Origin: Macrostomum lignano
Lineage: Eukaryota
NCBI GenBank assembly: GCA_002269645.1
Contig: NIVC01000326.1
Span: 1 to 64,000, forward strand
Length of the DNA: 64,000 nucleotides
Reading direction: 5' to 3'
Part shown: positions 17,834 through 31,064 of the stretch, in pieces
How positions within the stretch are numbered: the stretch's first letter is position 1
Layout of the letters: the number at the start of each line of letters is the position of its first letter
The notes under the pieces: generated by a model
Told to the model about the DNA's origin: nothing
Seen by the model: only the letters and a program-made list of their open reading frames with translations
Databases searched by the model: none
Program-made: the position numbers and the translations under genes

Positions 17834-19283
17834 CCTATCAAATTTGATCCGCTCCGCGGCATTCTTGGATACTTCCGATGAAACAGATACCTGACTGTAT
17901 GTAAATCAAGGAAAGGTCTTTAAAATAACAATAGCCTATATTTCTCTAGTTCGCTCCTCTAAGCAAAACAAAACGAAACCATTAAACAAAATCAGCGTAA
18001 TAAAGTAATTTAAACGAAAACCCAGGCGACTGACACGTTGTGACGGGGTCTTAGGCGTACATGTACTTTTCTTTTGCTGATGTTGATGAGTTTTATAGCG
18101 GTCTATCAGGATTTACATGTATGAAGAGATAATAGTGAACTAGGCGAATTACAGGGAGCTGTCGAAAATACTGTGGAACATCTGCGAACTATTCAATATA
18201 TTAAATGATAAATTAAAGCCAACTCAAAGCCAAGAGCGACGAGCGACAAACCAGACAAGCAGCTTGCATGGAAATTCAAAACGTTTTTATAGTCATTTGA
18301 AATTGGAGCATTAAGATTGAAACAAAATAAAGTAAACTTTATCTGCTTAACATGTCAAACAATACGTGCAGATGTACTTGTAAATAAATAGAATAATTAC
18401 AATAAATGCCAATAATTACGAGTTACTTTGCAAAAATACTTTTACTACGGCAGACTAAATGATGTACAAGAAATGAAACCGTCACAACATAGCTATCACG
18501 GTTGTTCGGAATGAACTATAGCAAAAAGTTAACAGGCAATATAAGTAGTCGCGTCGAGTACAAGCTGTTAAACTACGGCGTTTTCCAATTTAATCGAGTT
18601 AAAGAGCAGGCAATTTAATCATTAGTGTAGGTGTAGAATAAAGCTATTGAAGACTTGCTTTTCATTGTCTATGCCCCAAAAAGGTCTGTGGTTGCTCCAT
18701 AGAACCCCTTTTGGGCCATAGAGGCCATAGACGACAACAAGAAGCGATTCTTCAGTGGCTTGATTTTACACCAATTACACTTTGCAGCGAGCCGTTTTGA
18801 AATTGCGGCAATGTAGTGCACATTTATCTCAAAACAACGGCAGATGCACAAAATTGGGGTAAAATGGAATTGAAAGTTGAAAACGTCAGTTTTAACAAAA
18901 GATTTCATCATTAAGTACGTATTCCTAACATAGAAAGATGTCTGTAACGTAAGCAGCAGCCCCTCCTGGACCGTCCGTGGACATTACGATCCTGCACTGG
19001 GCGCGGATGATGTGGCCTGTCAGCTTCAACCACCCATGACGCAACAGGTCGTCGCTTCTTGTGTCAGTTACGAGTAAATGGCCGTCTTTTATATGTAATC
19101 CATTTGGAACTCCGAACCTAACAGACTGAAACCTGCAGTAAACTTTAAAGTGGACTCAAGGACCACTAGGAACACTTCGTTATATCAAGTCTAGTAGTCC
19201 TTGAGTGAACTGTAGTCGTCATGAATCTCAGGGGTTGCTTTTGCTAGCGCAAAATTTCGCATCATGGGAAAATTCTTGCGAGT

Positions 19284-19441
19284 TGTTGTGGGTTGATGGC
19301 TTTGCCATAGACATTTTTGTTACGCGACTGCGTTGATGAATTGAACCATGCTATTGAGTTATGAAATAAATAATAGACGCGTCAGAGGTCAGCAGATCGC
19401 TAGACTGACAATTGCTAAAGGCTAAAGCCAAAAGCACAACA
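19284..19441 (+). repeat. 5' LTR
   Basis: Identical to 23466-23623 on by-eye comparison. Confidence 0.97.
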
Positions 19442-19469
19442 GTGGCGTCGGCAAGCATAGGCTACGAAA

Positions 19470-22400
19470 ATGCCTGGAAGTACGCCAGCATCGCCAACTA
19501 AAGGAGTTGGTAAAACGGTTTCGAGCGACAAAGCACCACCGCTTGCGATCTCGTCGAAATCAGTCCAAGCGACAAAGTCGGCAACAGCGACAGCGCAGAA
19601 CCCAAGCGCACAAGTATCGAGAGGACAGCAAGTTGACATCGAAAAACTCGATGAAAGTTCTAACTTCCAGAGGTGGTTGGACCGATTCACACTGTGCAGC
19701 GAAATCAACGGCTGGCAGGACAACACGAAAAACAAGCTGCTGCTGATGAAGCTCAGCACCAAGCTGTACGACGCATTGGCCGATCGAGCCGCTCCCAAGA
19801 AGCCGGGAGAAAAGAGCTTCGATGAACTGACCAAACTACTGGCCAGCATCCTGGAACCAAAGACGTTCGTCATGGCTGAGAGATTCAATTTCCAGCATAT
19901 CACTCGCACGGCATCAATGAGCATTCGTGAGTATGCACAGCAACTCTGCATGCAGGCAGACAAGTGTCAGTTTGGCCTATCCAGAGATGAGAGACTGAGA
20001 GATCAGCTCGTATTCGGTTTGAATGACAAGGTGGCCATCAGCAAGTTATTGGAACAGGACTTCAGCACTCTCACGTTTGAGACAGCTATCAGCATCGCTG
20101 AGGCGCACCAGAACCTATCACAAACGCAAATACTAAAGGGTTGCACTAGTCAGCCGCAGTCTTCTGAAGTAATGAAAATTTCAGCATCGGTGGCCAGAGG
20201 CTCCCACTCTACAAGCTCCAAGTGTGGCAGATGTGGCACAATGCATGGCTCCAATGGAGGGTGTCCTGCGAAAGGAAAAACGTGCAACAAATGTGGCATG
20301 CAAAACCACTTCGCAACAGTTTGCAAAACGAAATCAACTGGTTTTGGCAAAGGCCGAAAATCGTTCAAAATCCCGTCAGCATCTGGTCAATTTAGGCGAG
20401 CTGCAGTGTGGCCAAGGACCACAAGCTTTGTAGATGCAAGCGAAGCTGAACAGGAGGATTGTTTTCACATTCGACATCCCGTTGATAGCTACACCGTGCC
20501 TGTTAGGCTCAGACACACGAGCGGGTCGATGCTTAGCGTGAACGCACAAATCGATACTGGGGCAGGAGTTTCGGTAATGTCAAAAACGATCTGGAAACGA
20601 TTGGGTTGTCCAAAACTGACACCTACAGACACTGTTCTGACAACATACGCTGATACGCAGATGAAGGTCTTTGGAACACACGACACTGAGTTGGAGTACA
20701 ATAACGAGTTCATTCCAATCACATTCTTTATTGTGGAATCGCAGAGGAACTTTGTTCTGGTTGGCCGAGACAAGCTCAATTTTACGCTAAACGCTGTAGA
20801 CAACAGCTGCACATCGGCAACCCAGTCATGCGAATTTCCACCAGTAACTCTTAAGATCAAGGAAGGAACCACTCCAATTCATTGCAAACCCAGGCCGCTA
20901 CCCTTCGCACTCAGACAGGGAGTCAAGGATGAAATCGATCGGTTGCTTGAAGAAGACACCATCAAGCCCGTCAAGTTCAGTGAATGGGCCTCACCAATTG
21001 TCGTGGTCAAGAAACCTTCTGGAAAGCTCAGACTTTGCGTCGACTACAAGGTGACAATCAATTCTCATCTTATCAACGATTCATATCCGATGCCTGCACC
21101 TGACGAAGTGATTGCAACTGCTGCTGGCAGCCGGATATACACTCGTCTGGACCTAGAGAAAGCTTATCACCAGATCCCACTAGATGAAGCTTCCAAAGAG
21201 CTGACAGTAATGTCAACACCATTTGGGATGTTCGCTTTCAACAAGCTTCCGTTCGGAGTGAAAACAGCACCTGCGATCTTTCAGCGGTACATTAGCCAAG
21301 TCCTACAAGGAATTCCTGGCGTCATTGCCTACGTAGACGACATATTGATATGCGGCAAAGGCGTAGAACAATTGGCAGTTCGTGAGACGGAAGTATTGCA
21401 TCGACTAAACCAGCAAGGATTGAAGATCAACACGGCGAAAAGTGAATTCCGCAAGACTTCGATCAAGTTTCTAGGCTACTTATTGGAAGGAGATCAGCTC
21501 AAGCCGGACCCAGCCAAAGTGAAGGCAATCCAGGACATGACACCACCGCAGAACGTTGGCGAGCTTGAATCCTTCCTGGGCCTCGTAAATTTTAGCGGCA
21601 AGTTCATCAGAAACCTAGCTGCACTGACCAAGCCTCTCAATCGACTAAGAAAGAAAAATGAGGACTTCGTGTGGACAAAGGAGTGTCAAATAGCATTTGA
21701 CGAAATCAAGGTCACTCTCTCTGACCAATCGAGTCTTCAAATATTTGATCCGGAGAAGCCCATTGAACTGGAATGCGACAGTTCTCAGCGAGCTCTGGGC
21801 GGAGTGTTGACACAAAGCGGTCAAGTCGTGCTGTACATGAGCAAGACTCTGTCTGACGCCGAAACAAAATATTCGCAAATAGAGCGTGAAGGCCTGGCAC
21901 TGGTTTGGTGCATTCAAAGATGCCATCGGTTCTTGTATGGCCGGAGGTTCACACTGATAACTGATCACCGGCCCCTCACATACATATTCGCGCCAGACAA
22001 ACAGCTGCCCACCAGAGTTTCAGCTCGACTACAACGATGGGCAATCATGCTAGCTGCTTATGACTATGTCATACAGTATCGACCATCAAAGCTAATGCTG
22101 TCGGATGCGCTATCTCGACTGGTGCCCACTAAGCCGAATGCACAGACAGCATCGATCGGACTCCTCGAAGCTGACAACCCGGGAGTAATTCAGCTGGATC
22201 GCATTGCACACGCAACCAGAGAGGACCCGGAGTTCAGATGCCTGGGCGCAGCAATAATTAACAATAATCTATTTGACGACCCACACCTACTCAGCTACTC
22301 GAAGGTTCAAGATGAGCTAACTGTCAATGATGGAATTATTTACAGAATGAACAGAATTGTATTGCCTCGTGTCCTGAGAGAAACTGCCCTGGCAGCTGTA

Positions 22401-23429
22401 CACTCAACGCACCTTGGGGTGGAAAAGTCAAAGTCGATTTTGAGGGAACAGTTCTGGTGGCCACAGATGGACCGTGACATCGCTGACTACATTGGACGAT
22501 GCAACGTGTGCAACGCGTACAAGTCCAGAAATAAGAACTTTCGGCACTCGTGGCCAGAACCTGACAACCCCTGGGAGCGAGTGCACATTGATTTTGCTGG
22601 TCCGATAGAGGGCAAGTACCTACTCATCATTGTGGATGCGCACTCGAGCTACCCGGAAGTCTTCATCACGAGCGACATGAAGGCCGACACAGTCATTTCC
22701 AGACTTAGAAGATTGTTCTCACAACAGGGGGTGCCCAAATGTCTCGTGTCAGACAACGGCCCTAGTTTTGTGAGCGAAGCGGTGACCGGCTGGCTCACCC
22801 AGATTGGCTGTTCGCACATCACAACGCCCGCCTACCATCCACAGAGCAACGGCATTGCAGAGCGAATGGTGCGAACCGTCAAAGAGACAATCAAGACCAA
22901 TGGTTTATCCCAAAGAAGTATTGACAGATTTCTACTGTTCTACAGAGCTGCCAAAGGGAAGCAGCAAGCATCACCGTCCGAGTTGTTGAACGGCAGACAA
23001 ATAAGACTCCCCATTTCGGAGAGCAGCACTCAGTCCAAGTGGATCCCAGGAGAATCACTCATCTACCGTGCATCGAGTTCTCATGAGCCACGAACTGTGA
23101 GATTCGCCAAAATGCTTGGCAGCAACACAGCAGTCGTTACCACAGAGACTGGACGAAATCTAAAGACCCACCTCGATCAACTACGAATCGGTGAGGTACC
23201 TGAGGCTCACGGAACTACGGAAATGGGGGATTCCAAGCCCGGTGGCAGCAGTCCAAGTGACGACGGCCAACAGACGCGTCCGTCATCGACAGACACTGAG
23301 ATACTACCGGGAACAGAACAAGCTGAGAGAGCACAACAGCAACAGACTGAGGTTGGAGTTCAATCCAAGCCGTCACCCAGGCGAAGCGAACGCTTGGCTA
23401 AGAAAACTAGAATTTTTTATCGCACCTGA
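19470..23429 (+). CDS. Gag-Pol polyprotein (gag Zn knuckles, protease, RT, RNase H, integrase)
   Basis: CNKCGMQNHFATVC knuckle, IDTGAGVS protease, YVDD RT, HSTHLG..CNVC and HIDFAGP..SDNGP..NGIAER integrase, in Gypsy order. Confidence 0.97.
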   Translation: MPGSTPASPTKGVGKTVSSDKAPPLAISSKSVQATKSATATAQNPSAQVSRGQQVDIEKLDESSNFQRWLDRFTLCSEINGWQDNTKNKLLLMKLSTKLYDALADRAAPKKPGEKSFDELTKLLASILEPKTFVMAERFNFQHITRTASMSIREYAQQLCMQADKCQFGLSRDERLRDQLVFGLNDKVAISKLLEQDFSTLTFETAISIAEAHQNLSQTQILKGCTSQPQSSEVMKISASVARGSHSTSSKCGRCGTMHGSNGGCPAKGKTCNKCGMQNHFATVCKTKSTGFGKGRKSFKIPSASGQFRRAAVWPRTTSFVDASEAEQEDCFHIRHPVDSYTVPVRLRHTSGSMLSVNAQIDTGAGVSVMSKTIWKRLGCPKLTPTDTVLTTYADTQMKVFGTHDTELEYNNEFIPITFFIVESQRNFVLVGRDKLNFTLNAVDNSCTSATQSCEFPPVTLKIKEGTTPIHCKPRPLPFALRQGVKDEIDRLLEEDTIKPVKFSEWASPIVVVKKPSGKLRLCVDYKVTINSHLINDSYPMPAPDEVIATAAGSRIYTRLDLEKAYHQIPLDEASKELTVMSTPFGMFAFNKLPFGVKTAPAIFQRYISQVLQGIPGVIAYVDDILICGKGVEQLAVRETEVLHRLNQQGLKINTAKSEFRKTSIKFLGYLLEGDQLKPDPAKVKAIQDMTPPQNVGELESFLGLVNFSGKFIRNLAALTKPLNRLRKKNEDFVWTKECQIAFDEIKVTLSDQSSLQIFDPEKPIELECDSSQRALGGVLTQSGQVVLYMSKTLSDAETKYSQIEREGLALVWCIQRCHRFLYGRRFTLITDHRPLTYIFAPDKQLPTRVSARLQRWAIMLAAYDYVIQYRPSKLMLSDALSRLVPTKPNAQTASIGLLEADNPGVIQLDRIAHATREDPEFRCLGAAIINNNLFDDPHLLSYSKVQDELTVNDGIIYRMNRIVLPRVLRETALAAVHSTHLGVEKSKSILREQFWWPQMDRDIADYIGRCNVCNAYKSRNKNFRHSWPEPDNPWERVHIDFAGPIEGKYLLIIVDAHSSYPEVFITSDMKADTVISRLRRLFSQQGVPKCLVSDNGPSFVSEAVTGWLTQIGCSHITTPAYHPQSNGIAERMVRTVKETIKTNGLSQRSIDRFLLFYRAAKGKQQASPSELLNGRQIRLPISESSTQSKWIPGESLIYRASSSHEPRTVRFAKMLGSNTAVVTTETGRNLKTHLDQLRIGEVPEAHGTTEMGDSKPGGSSPSDDGQQTRPSSTDTEILPGTEQAERAQQQQTEVGVQSKPSPRRSERLAKKTRIFYRT

Positions 23430-23465
23430 GTGATAATTGTACACCTACCTATAGAAGAGGGAGGG

Positions 23466-23623
23466 TGTTGTGGGTTGATGGCTTTGCCATAGACATTTTT
23501 GTTACGCGACTGCGTTGATGAATTGAACCATGCTATTGAGTTATGAAATAAATAATAGACGCGTCAGAGGTCAGCAGATCGCTAGACTGACAATTGCTAA
23601 AGGCTAAAGCCAAAAGCACAACA
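23466..23623 (+). repeat. 3' LTR
   Basis: Preceded by polypurine tract, followed by TSD. Confidence 0.97.
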
Positions 23624-24126
23624 CGAGTCACGTCCACTAACTCAATAATCTTCACGAGTTGGACTATATTAAATTTAGAGTTTGTAAAGTTTTGAGTTTA
23701 TAAAAGTGACCGAAATATTATTTTAGACTTTCGTCAATGCAAGAGTTTGTACTTGCAATTTTACAGATTCAAGAGGGACTACAAGTCATTTCAGCAGTGT
23801 GAAGTTTTGCAGAAGTTTTGAAATTTTGAAATGTACGCTTAGGCTATCCTGGAAATGTTCTTAGTAAAATTAACCCCAGAAAAATTAAAAGGTTGTTAAA
23901 TTATCACCGAAGTCGTTTGGCAGTCACCAACTTTTTTTGTTCCAAGTTAACTCAAATTTGTATTTTTGACCACATGTCGTTCTTCCGCTCACGAGCGCTG
24001 CTGTCTATGGTCGGAAAGTGGAGCACTTTTATAGCCAAAGTACCACAAAAAAGAGCCTTGAAGCTCATTTATTCTTAGATTTTCGTGTAGAAATACGAAA
24101 ACTACTGGAAGTTACAATCCACACGA

Positions 24127-27100
24127 ATGCTATCCAGCGAGGCCATCCGTCACATAGGGATAGTGACGTACAGCGCCAACATTCTACTGGGAATCATCAG
24201 TTTAACTTTCTACGGAATCACCATAGCCACAAATCCGTATTTAACTGTGGGAGAATCGTTCACTTTCAAAGGCGGCGGCCTCATCAAGATCTTTTCCAGC
24301 CTGGCTAACATCACCATTGGCATCCTGGGCATTGTTGGCGTCGTGCAGAACTGGCGCATCCTGCTCAAAATTGTAAGTGCGTCCGAACTCTACCTGATGT
24401 TGCTGCTTCTCCGTGGCCCCTGGGCGTAGGAACAGAGTCAGTTGTACACCCTGTGTGAGTGCGTGCCTGCGTACGAGTCCATGTACATGTGCGTGTTCAA
24501 GGGTCGGCGGAATGGCCCATATACAAGCTATAATTAACTAAAGTAACATTAGTACAAGTAACTAACTAATATTAATTTATCCTCTCTGGAGATTCCTTTT
24601 TGTTGGTTTACTTAAAATTAGCAGGGGACTTTGTGGATCTTGCCGGGACCCTTAAGAAGGCACTAATCCCTAATTAATCTCAGTGTGAGAAAGCTCTTTT
24701 TGTTGCTTACTACAGCCTCCTGTCAGTGTAATTAGGGAAAAACGTTTCGGCAGCAAATACTGCCCACGATCATGTGTCTTGAAACATAAAAACGCAAGAG
24801 CAAGCATTGAAGCGTGTTCATTTTCGTGTGCAAATACAGCTACGGGACTTGACTTACTTGACTTAGCTGCAGGGATGCCCCCGGAGGGAGACAAAGCGGG
24901 AAGGCGCGAACGCCCATTCCGCTAATCCCTGAACGGCCGACGCATCGCTATGAACGGAGGGTTGGCGCCGCCCAGGGAGGTCCCCCAGTGTCGCCAGCAG
25001 CTTATTCATAGTCGGCTCGAAGGCCATGATAAAGGTGGTGGGCTACCCTCGAAGATGCGCGGTACCCACCCGGCCGCTCCACCTGACCGGGCAGTAGGCC
25101 AAAAGAACCCTCAAGGCTGGCCCGACACCAGGAGGGGGACCGCTTGCGACCGGACTACTCCCCGGCCTTCCAGCCTATCGGCACGGTCGAACACCTTAGG
25201 CATTAGAGGGTACGTTGAGCAGTACCAAGGCCTGCAGGCTGGCAAGCCAGACCCGCATACCCAAGTTTGGCCGAAGCTACTAGATGGGTCGCCAGCGCCG
25301 GAGCCCTGTCTGTCCAGCAGCCCTAGGGTCTGCCTTGAACACTCGCGGGGACGGGTACCCCTGGGTCGGCTTGCGAAACAGCGTGGGGGGTCTACGGCTG
25401 CCAGCGGCAAATAGAGGGTGCAGACCTCCCACTGGCCTTACCTGCTGAAGATGGGGGCAGGCGTGGAGCATCGCAGACCTTAGCCCATGGGCCTGGTCTG
25501 TCTCATACTTCACTGGCATGCTGAATACGCCCATGCGAGCACAGTTAGTAGGGGACTTTTGTAAGATATATTCATGTAGTAATAATTGCAGGGAGGGGCC
25601 GTGGGCTCCCTGGCGCAGCTTTCTCGGTGACATCGTCCCACAACCAGCGTTGAGCCAGTTCAGCCTCCTGAGCGCACACAAGCTGTGCATAGATGCTGTA
25701 CTCATACACTCACACAAGGGTATACGGTGGCCCTGACTTTCTAATTTTCAGGCACATACTGTACACTCTGTGTACCTCTTCGGGGCTGGCCCTCATTTAT
25801 CGCTGAGTCGCAGAGCCGATTGAAGCCCCCTTTTCCAGGACTCTTATCAATGGCTTCTCGAATCAGCCTCTTGGAGCCTAAATTGCGGCCGGAACTGCCT
25901 CACCTGCCCACCTTCCAGATCGTTTGCATTCTGGCCTGCGCGGTTGTCACAAACGTAGTCATCCTTGTGATGCATCTCACGAACAGGAATACTCTGACTA
26001 AATCGGATATAAACGAATACAGAGAAAAATTAACAAAGCAATATGGCGAAGATGAAGGCGTGACTTCGTTTTTAAACAATGGGCAAGAAGAGGTCAGGAA
26101 ATTTTAAATTCTCAATCTGATAGCACATTATGGAATACAACTAATTAGATTATTGCTCACTCGCTAACCAATTTAAACTTGGGCCACTGAAACAGGAGTT
26201 GTGCTGCGGCTGGAGTGGCGATGAGAAGGAGAACCTGTTCCTCCAGTCTCCATGGTACAAGCTGGTCAACGCCAACGTAACCGGCAAGAAGACCACCCTG
26301 CCCGACTCCTGCTGTCTGGAACCTGGACCGAAGTGCCAACAAGCCGAGAACCTGAAGGAGGCTCGGGAAAAGAAATACGTTCACAAATATGTGAGCTACT
26401 TTGTTAGAATGATTATCTTTTTCAACGTGCTCGAGTTAAAGTATTGAGTCCCAATTTTACGTCATATGATTGGCGTATTATCGAATAACTGGCACAGTCC
26501 TGACCGATCCTCACTGCACAGCTCCAACACTCCAACACAGCCCTGACCGATCCTCACTGCACAGCTCCAACACAGTCCTGACCGATCCTCACTGCACAGC
26601 TCCAATACACCAACACAGTCCTGACCAATCCTCACTGCACAGCTCCAACACAGTCCTGACCAATCCTCACTGCACAGCTCCAACACAGTCCTGACCAATC
26701 CTCACTGCACAGCTCCAACACAGTCCTGACCGATCCTCACTGCACAGCTCCAATACACCAACACAGTCCTGACCAATCCTCACTGCACAGCTCCAATACA
26801 CCAACACAGTCCTGACCAATCCTCACTGCACAGCTCCAACACAGTCCTGACCAATCCTCACTGCACAGCTCCAACACAGTCCTGACCGATCCTCACTGCA
26901 CAGCTCCAACACAGTCCTGACCGATCCTCACTGCACAGCTCCAACACAGTCCTGACCAATCCTCACTGCACAGCTCCAACACAGTCCTGACCAATCCTCA
27001 CTGCACAGCTCCAACACAGTCCTGACCGATCCTCACTGCACAGCTCCAACACACCAACACAGTCCTGACCAATCCTCACTGCACAGCTCCAACACAGCCC

Positions 27101-29843
27101 TGACCGATCCTCACTGCACAGCTGCAACACAGTCCTGAGCAATCCTCACTGCACAGCTCCAACACAGTCCTGACCGATCCTCACTGCACAGCTCCAACAC
27201 AGTCCTGACCGATCCTCACTGCACAGCTCCAACACAGTCCTGACCAATCCTCACTGCACAGCTCCAACACAGCCCTGACCAATCCTCACTGCACAGCTCC
27301 AATACACCAACACAGTCCTGACCAATCCTCACTGCACAGCTCCAACAAAGTCCTGACCGATTCTCACTGCACAGCTCCAACACAGTCCTGACCGATCCTC
27401 ACTGCACAGCTCCAAAACACCAACACAGTCCTGACCGATCCTCACTGTACAGCTCCAACACAGTCCTGACCAATCCTCACTGCACAGCTCCAACACAGTC
27501 CTGACCGATCCTCACTGCACAGCTCCAACACACCAACACAGTCCTGACTGATCCTCACTGCACAGCTCCAACATAGTCCTGACCGATCCTCACTGCACAG
27601 CTCCAACACAGCCCTGACCAATCCTCACTGCACAGCTCCAATACACCAACACAGTCCTGACCGATACTCACTGCAGAGCTCCAACACTCCAACACAGCCC
27701 TGACCGATCCTCACTGCACAGCTCCAAAACACCAACACAGTCCTGACCGATTCTCACTGCACAGCTCCAACACAGTCCTGACCGATCCTCACTGCACAGC
27801 TCCAACACTCCAACACAGTCCTGACCGATCCTCACTGCACAGCTCCAACACAGTCCTGACCAATCCTCACTGCACAGCTCCAACACAGTCCTGACCGTTC
27901 CTCACTGCACAGCTCCAAAACACCAACACAGTCCTGACCAATCCTCACTGCACAGCTCCAACACAGTCCTGACCGATCCTCACTGCACAGCTCCAACACA
28001 GTCCTGACCAATCCTCACTGCACAGCTCCAACACAGTCCTGACCGTTCCTCACTGCACAGCTCCAAAACACCAACACAGTCCTGACCAATCCTCACTGCA
28101 CAGCTCCAACACAGTCCTGACCGATCCTCACTGCACAGCTCCAACACAGTCCTGACCAATCCTCACTGCACAGCTCCAACACAGTCCTGACCGATCCTCA
28201 CTGCACAGCTCCAACACAGTCCTGACCAATCCTCACTGCACAGCTCCAACACAGTCCTGACCAATCCTCACTGCACAGCTCCAACACAGTCCTGACCAAT
28301 CCTCACTGCACAGCTCCAACACAGTCCTGACCAATCCTCACTGCACAGCTCCAACACAGCCCTGACCAATCCTCACTGCACAGCTCCAACACAGTCCTGA
28401 CCAATCCTCACTGCACAGCTCCAACACAGTCCTGACCAATCCTCACTGCACAGCTCCAACACAGTCCTGACCAATCCTCACTGCACAGCTCCAACACAGC
28501 CCTGACCAATCCTCACTGCACAGCTCCAACACAGTCCTGACCAATCCTCACTGCACAGCTCCAACACAGTCCTGACCAATCCTCACTGCACAGCTCCAAC
28601 ACAGCCCTGACCAATCCTCACTGCACAGCTCCAACACAGTCCTGACCGATCCTCACTGCACAGCTCCAACACAGTCCTGACCAATCCTCACTGCACAGCT
28701 CCAACACAGCCCTGACCAATCCTCACTGCACAGCTCCAACACAGTCCTGACCAATCCTCACTGCACAGCTCCAACACAGTCCTGACCAATCCTCACTGCA
28801 CAGCTCCAACACAGTCCTGACCGTTCCTCACTGCACAGCTCCAAAACACCAACACAGTCCTGACCAATCCTCACTGCACAGCTCCAACACAGTCCTGACC
28901 AATCCTCACTGCACAGCTCCAACACAGTCCTGACCAATCCTCACTGCACAGCTCCAACACAGTCCTGACCAATCCTCACTGCACAGCTCCAAAACACCAA
29001 CACAGTCCTGACCAATCCTCACTGCACAGCTCCAACACAGTCCTGACCGATCCTCACTGCACAGCTCCAACACAGTCCTGACCAATCCTCACTGCACAGC
29101 TCCAACACAGTCCTGACCGATCCTCACTGCACAGCTCCAACACAGTCCTGACCAATCCTCACTGCACAGCTCCAACACAGTCCTGACCAATCCTCACTGC
29201 ACAGCTCCAACACAGTCCTGACCAATCCTCACTGCACAGCTCCAACACAGTCCTGACCAATCCTCACTGCACAGCTCCAACACAGCCCTGACCAATCCTC
29301 ACTGCACAGCTCCAACACAGTCCTGACCAATCCTCACTGCACAGCTCCAACACAGCCCTGACCAATCCTCACTGCACAGCTCCAACACAGTCCTGACCGA
29401 TCCTTACTGCACAGCTCCAACACAGTCCTGACCGATCCTCACTGCACAGCTCCAACACAGTCCTGACCAATCCTCACTGCACAGCTCCAACACGCCAACA
29501 TAACCCATCAGCGCATCATTATAACACGCAAAATCTGCAGGGCAGAAGCGAAGCTGACTCGGCAAGAAATCATTAATAAAAAATTCACCTTCAACAGGAC
29601 TGTCTGACAAAGATCAGCAACAAGGATGCCTTTTACGATTTAATGATCTCGCTATGGGCCGTCTTCACATCCCTTTGCCAGGTAACATCCGCAATGCTGC
29701 CTTAGCAGGCATTCCAACAGCTTGTTCCATGCTATGCAGACCTGATTCTTCTGTCTCCGTCTCTCTTTGAAAACTGACTTGTTGCATTTCAGGCCATGTG
29801 CGTCGCCTCCACAATGGTGAGCATCATGGGCCCGGCTGAGTAA
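24127..29843 (+). CDS. Tetraspanin A, five exons
   Basis: Exons 24127-24372, 25919-26092, 26196-26390, 29598-29681 and 29793-29843, all phase 0 with GT-AG; four hydrophobic segments, EC2 motifs CCG and PDSCC, DCL before TM4; AATAAA at ~29948. Confidence 0.88.
24870..25735. mobile_element. GC-rich probable TE-derived insert in tetraspanin A intron 1
   Basis: Sharp GC island in an AT-richer intron with a structured left end; no recognisable protein. Confidence 0.3.
26493..29493. repeat. 35-bp minisatellite (acacagtcctgaccaatcctcactgcacagctcca)n with +8-bp variants, in tetraspanin A intron 3
   Basis: ~3 kb of direct tandem units. Confidence 0.97.
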
Positions 29844-31064
29844 GTTTTGAATTTTCCAAAGGTCGTGGAAAATGTCCTACTGGTGAATCCACAAAAGTTG
29901 AGCAGCCCTTAAAAGGTAAAGAACAATAACTTGTGTGCTTAAGCATAGAATAAAAATAATTTTAGGCGCGCAGCAAATGTTTCAATTGCTTTTAACAAGA
30001 CATGCTTGCAGAAACCAGGACACTATTTTGAATTAATATATTCGCTGCTGGTGCTACAGCAATACAAGTATATTCGGTACCTTCAAAGTATTGCTTTATT
30101 TTTTTACCAGAAATACACAGATTAGAGTGCAAAACGAGAAATTTAAGGTAATATATTGCACCGGACTTACCTATATATACTGTCTGCAAAAAAATAATGC
30201 GTACTACCCAACCTGCAGCAAGTGGCAAATTAAATTTGGGCTTTATCCTTCTAATAAGCTCACCAACTTTGAGTAGACGAAACAAACCCCATCAAAAAGA
30301 CACTTTTAAGTAATAAGGCAGCCCTTGTTCCTGTCGGTGTTTAAAGCCGTCTTGTTTTACGAGTGACGGACTCGCTCGGACAGAAAGTTTGACATGGCGC
30401 ACGCTGGCCTGCTGCGCGCCGCCTTCAAGATCAACGACGGGCGGGTTTCCAATGCAGCTGGCTCGGTCCGTCCAAGCGACCTTGGATTATTACAGATTAT
30501 TGTTAATTGCTCTGGTGCTATGGAGGTTGCGTGAAGCTAATTAATAAATCAATCAATTTTGCCTGATCCGCTGGCGACATCCTTGCCGCAACACCGCTGC
30601 TAGAGACATCTCCTCCGCAAAAAATGCACCAGGCAGAGACGAAATTTCCTTCCACTGCAGACTTTGTTTCATTCATTCGAATGCCATTGCTAATTTTGAT
30701 TCCTCGTTCTGCAGTTTTTCGAAATGGAGGCTGACGGAGCAGCTCGGACGGCCTAGCTGGGCGTACTTAGACTAGCTACCTCAAATTATGGCACGTCGAG
30801 TTTAAATAACTACCATAATGCATGTGTTGATCTTTTATGTATAGTTTGCGCAATCTGACAAGCATTTTTGGCCTAAAAAACATTAGCATATATTAAAAAT
30901 ATTGTCTCTTGTATTAACTACACGGTGTGAGGTTTCTTTGTCTACGGAAAAAATAGTAACAGCGGTAAATTAAATATGCAAAAAGAACTCTTGCGTGATT
31001 CGAAGAAAAGCGGCTGTAAATTTACGTAAAATCTCGTGAAAGCTTTCTAATCTAGGAGCAGAGA

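Larger units (their letters stand above)
19284..23623 (+). mobile_element. Intact Ty3/Gypsy LTR retrotransposon (Mag-like), 4340 bp
   Basis: Two identical 158-bp LTRs (TGTTGTG..CACAACA), 5-bp TSD CGAGT (19279-19283, 23624-23628), PBS-like tggcgtcggc at 19443, PPT agaagagggaggg before 23466, single gag-pol ORF. Confidence 0.98.

Noticed and set aside
26493-29493. CRISPR-like appearance of 34-43 bp arrays (also 1-815, 1725-2669, 33880-35209, 61255-62156)
   Set aside because: Units abut with no unique spacers, there are no cas genes, and the context is eukaryotic introns and intergenic DNA
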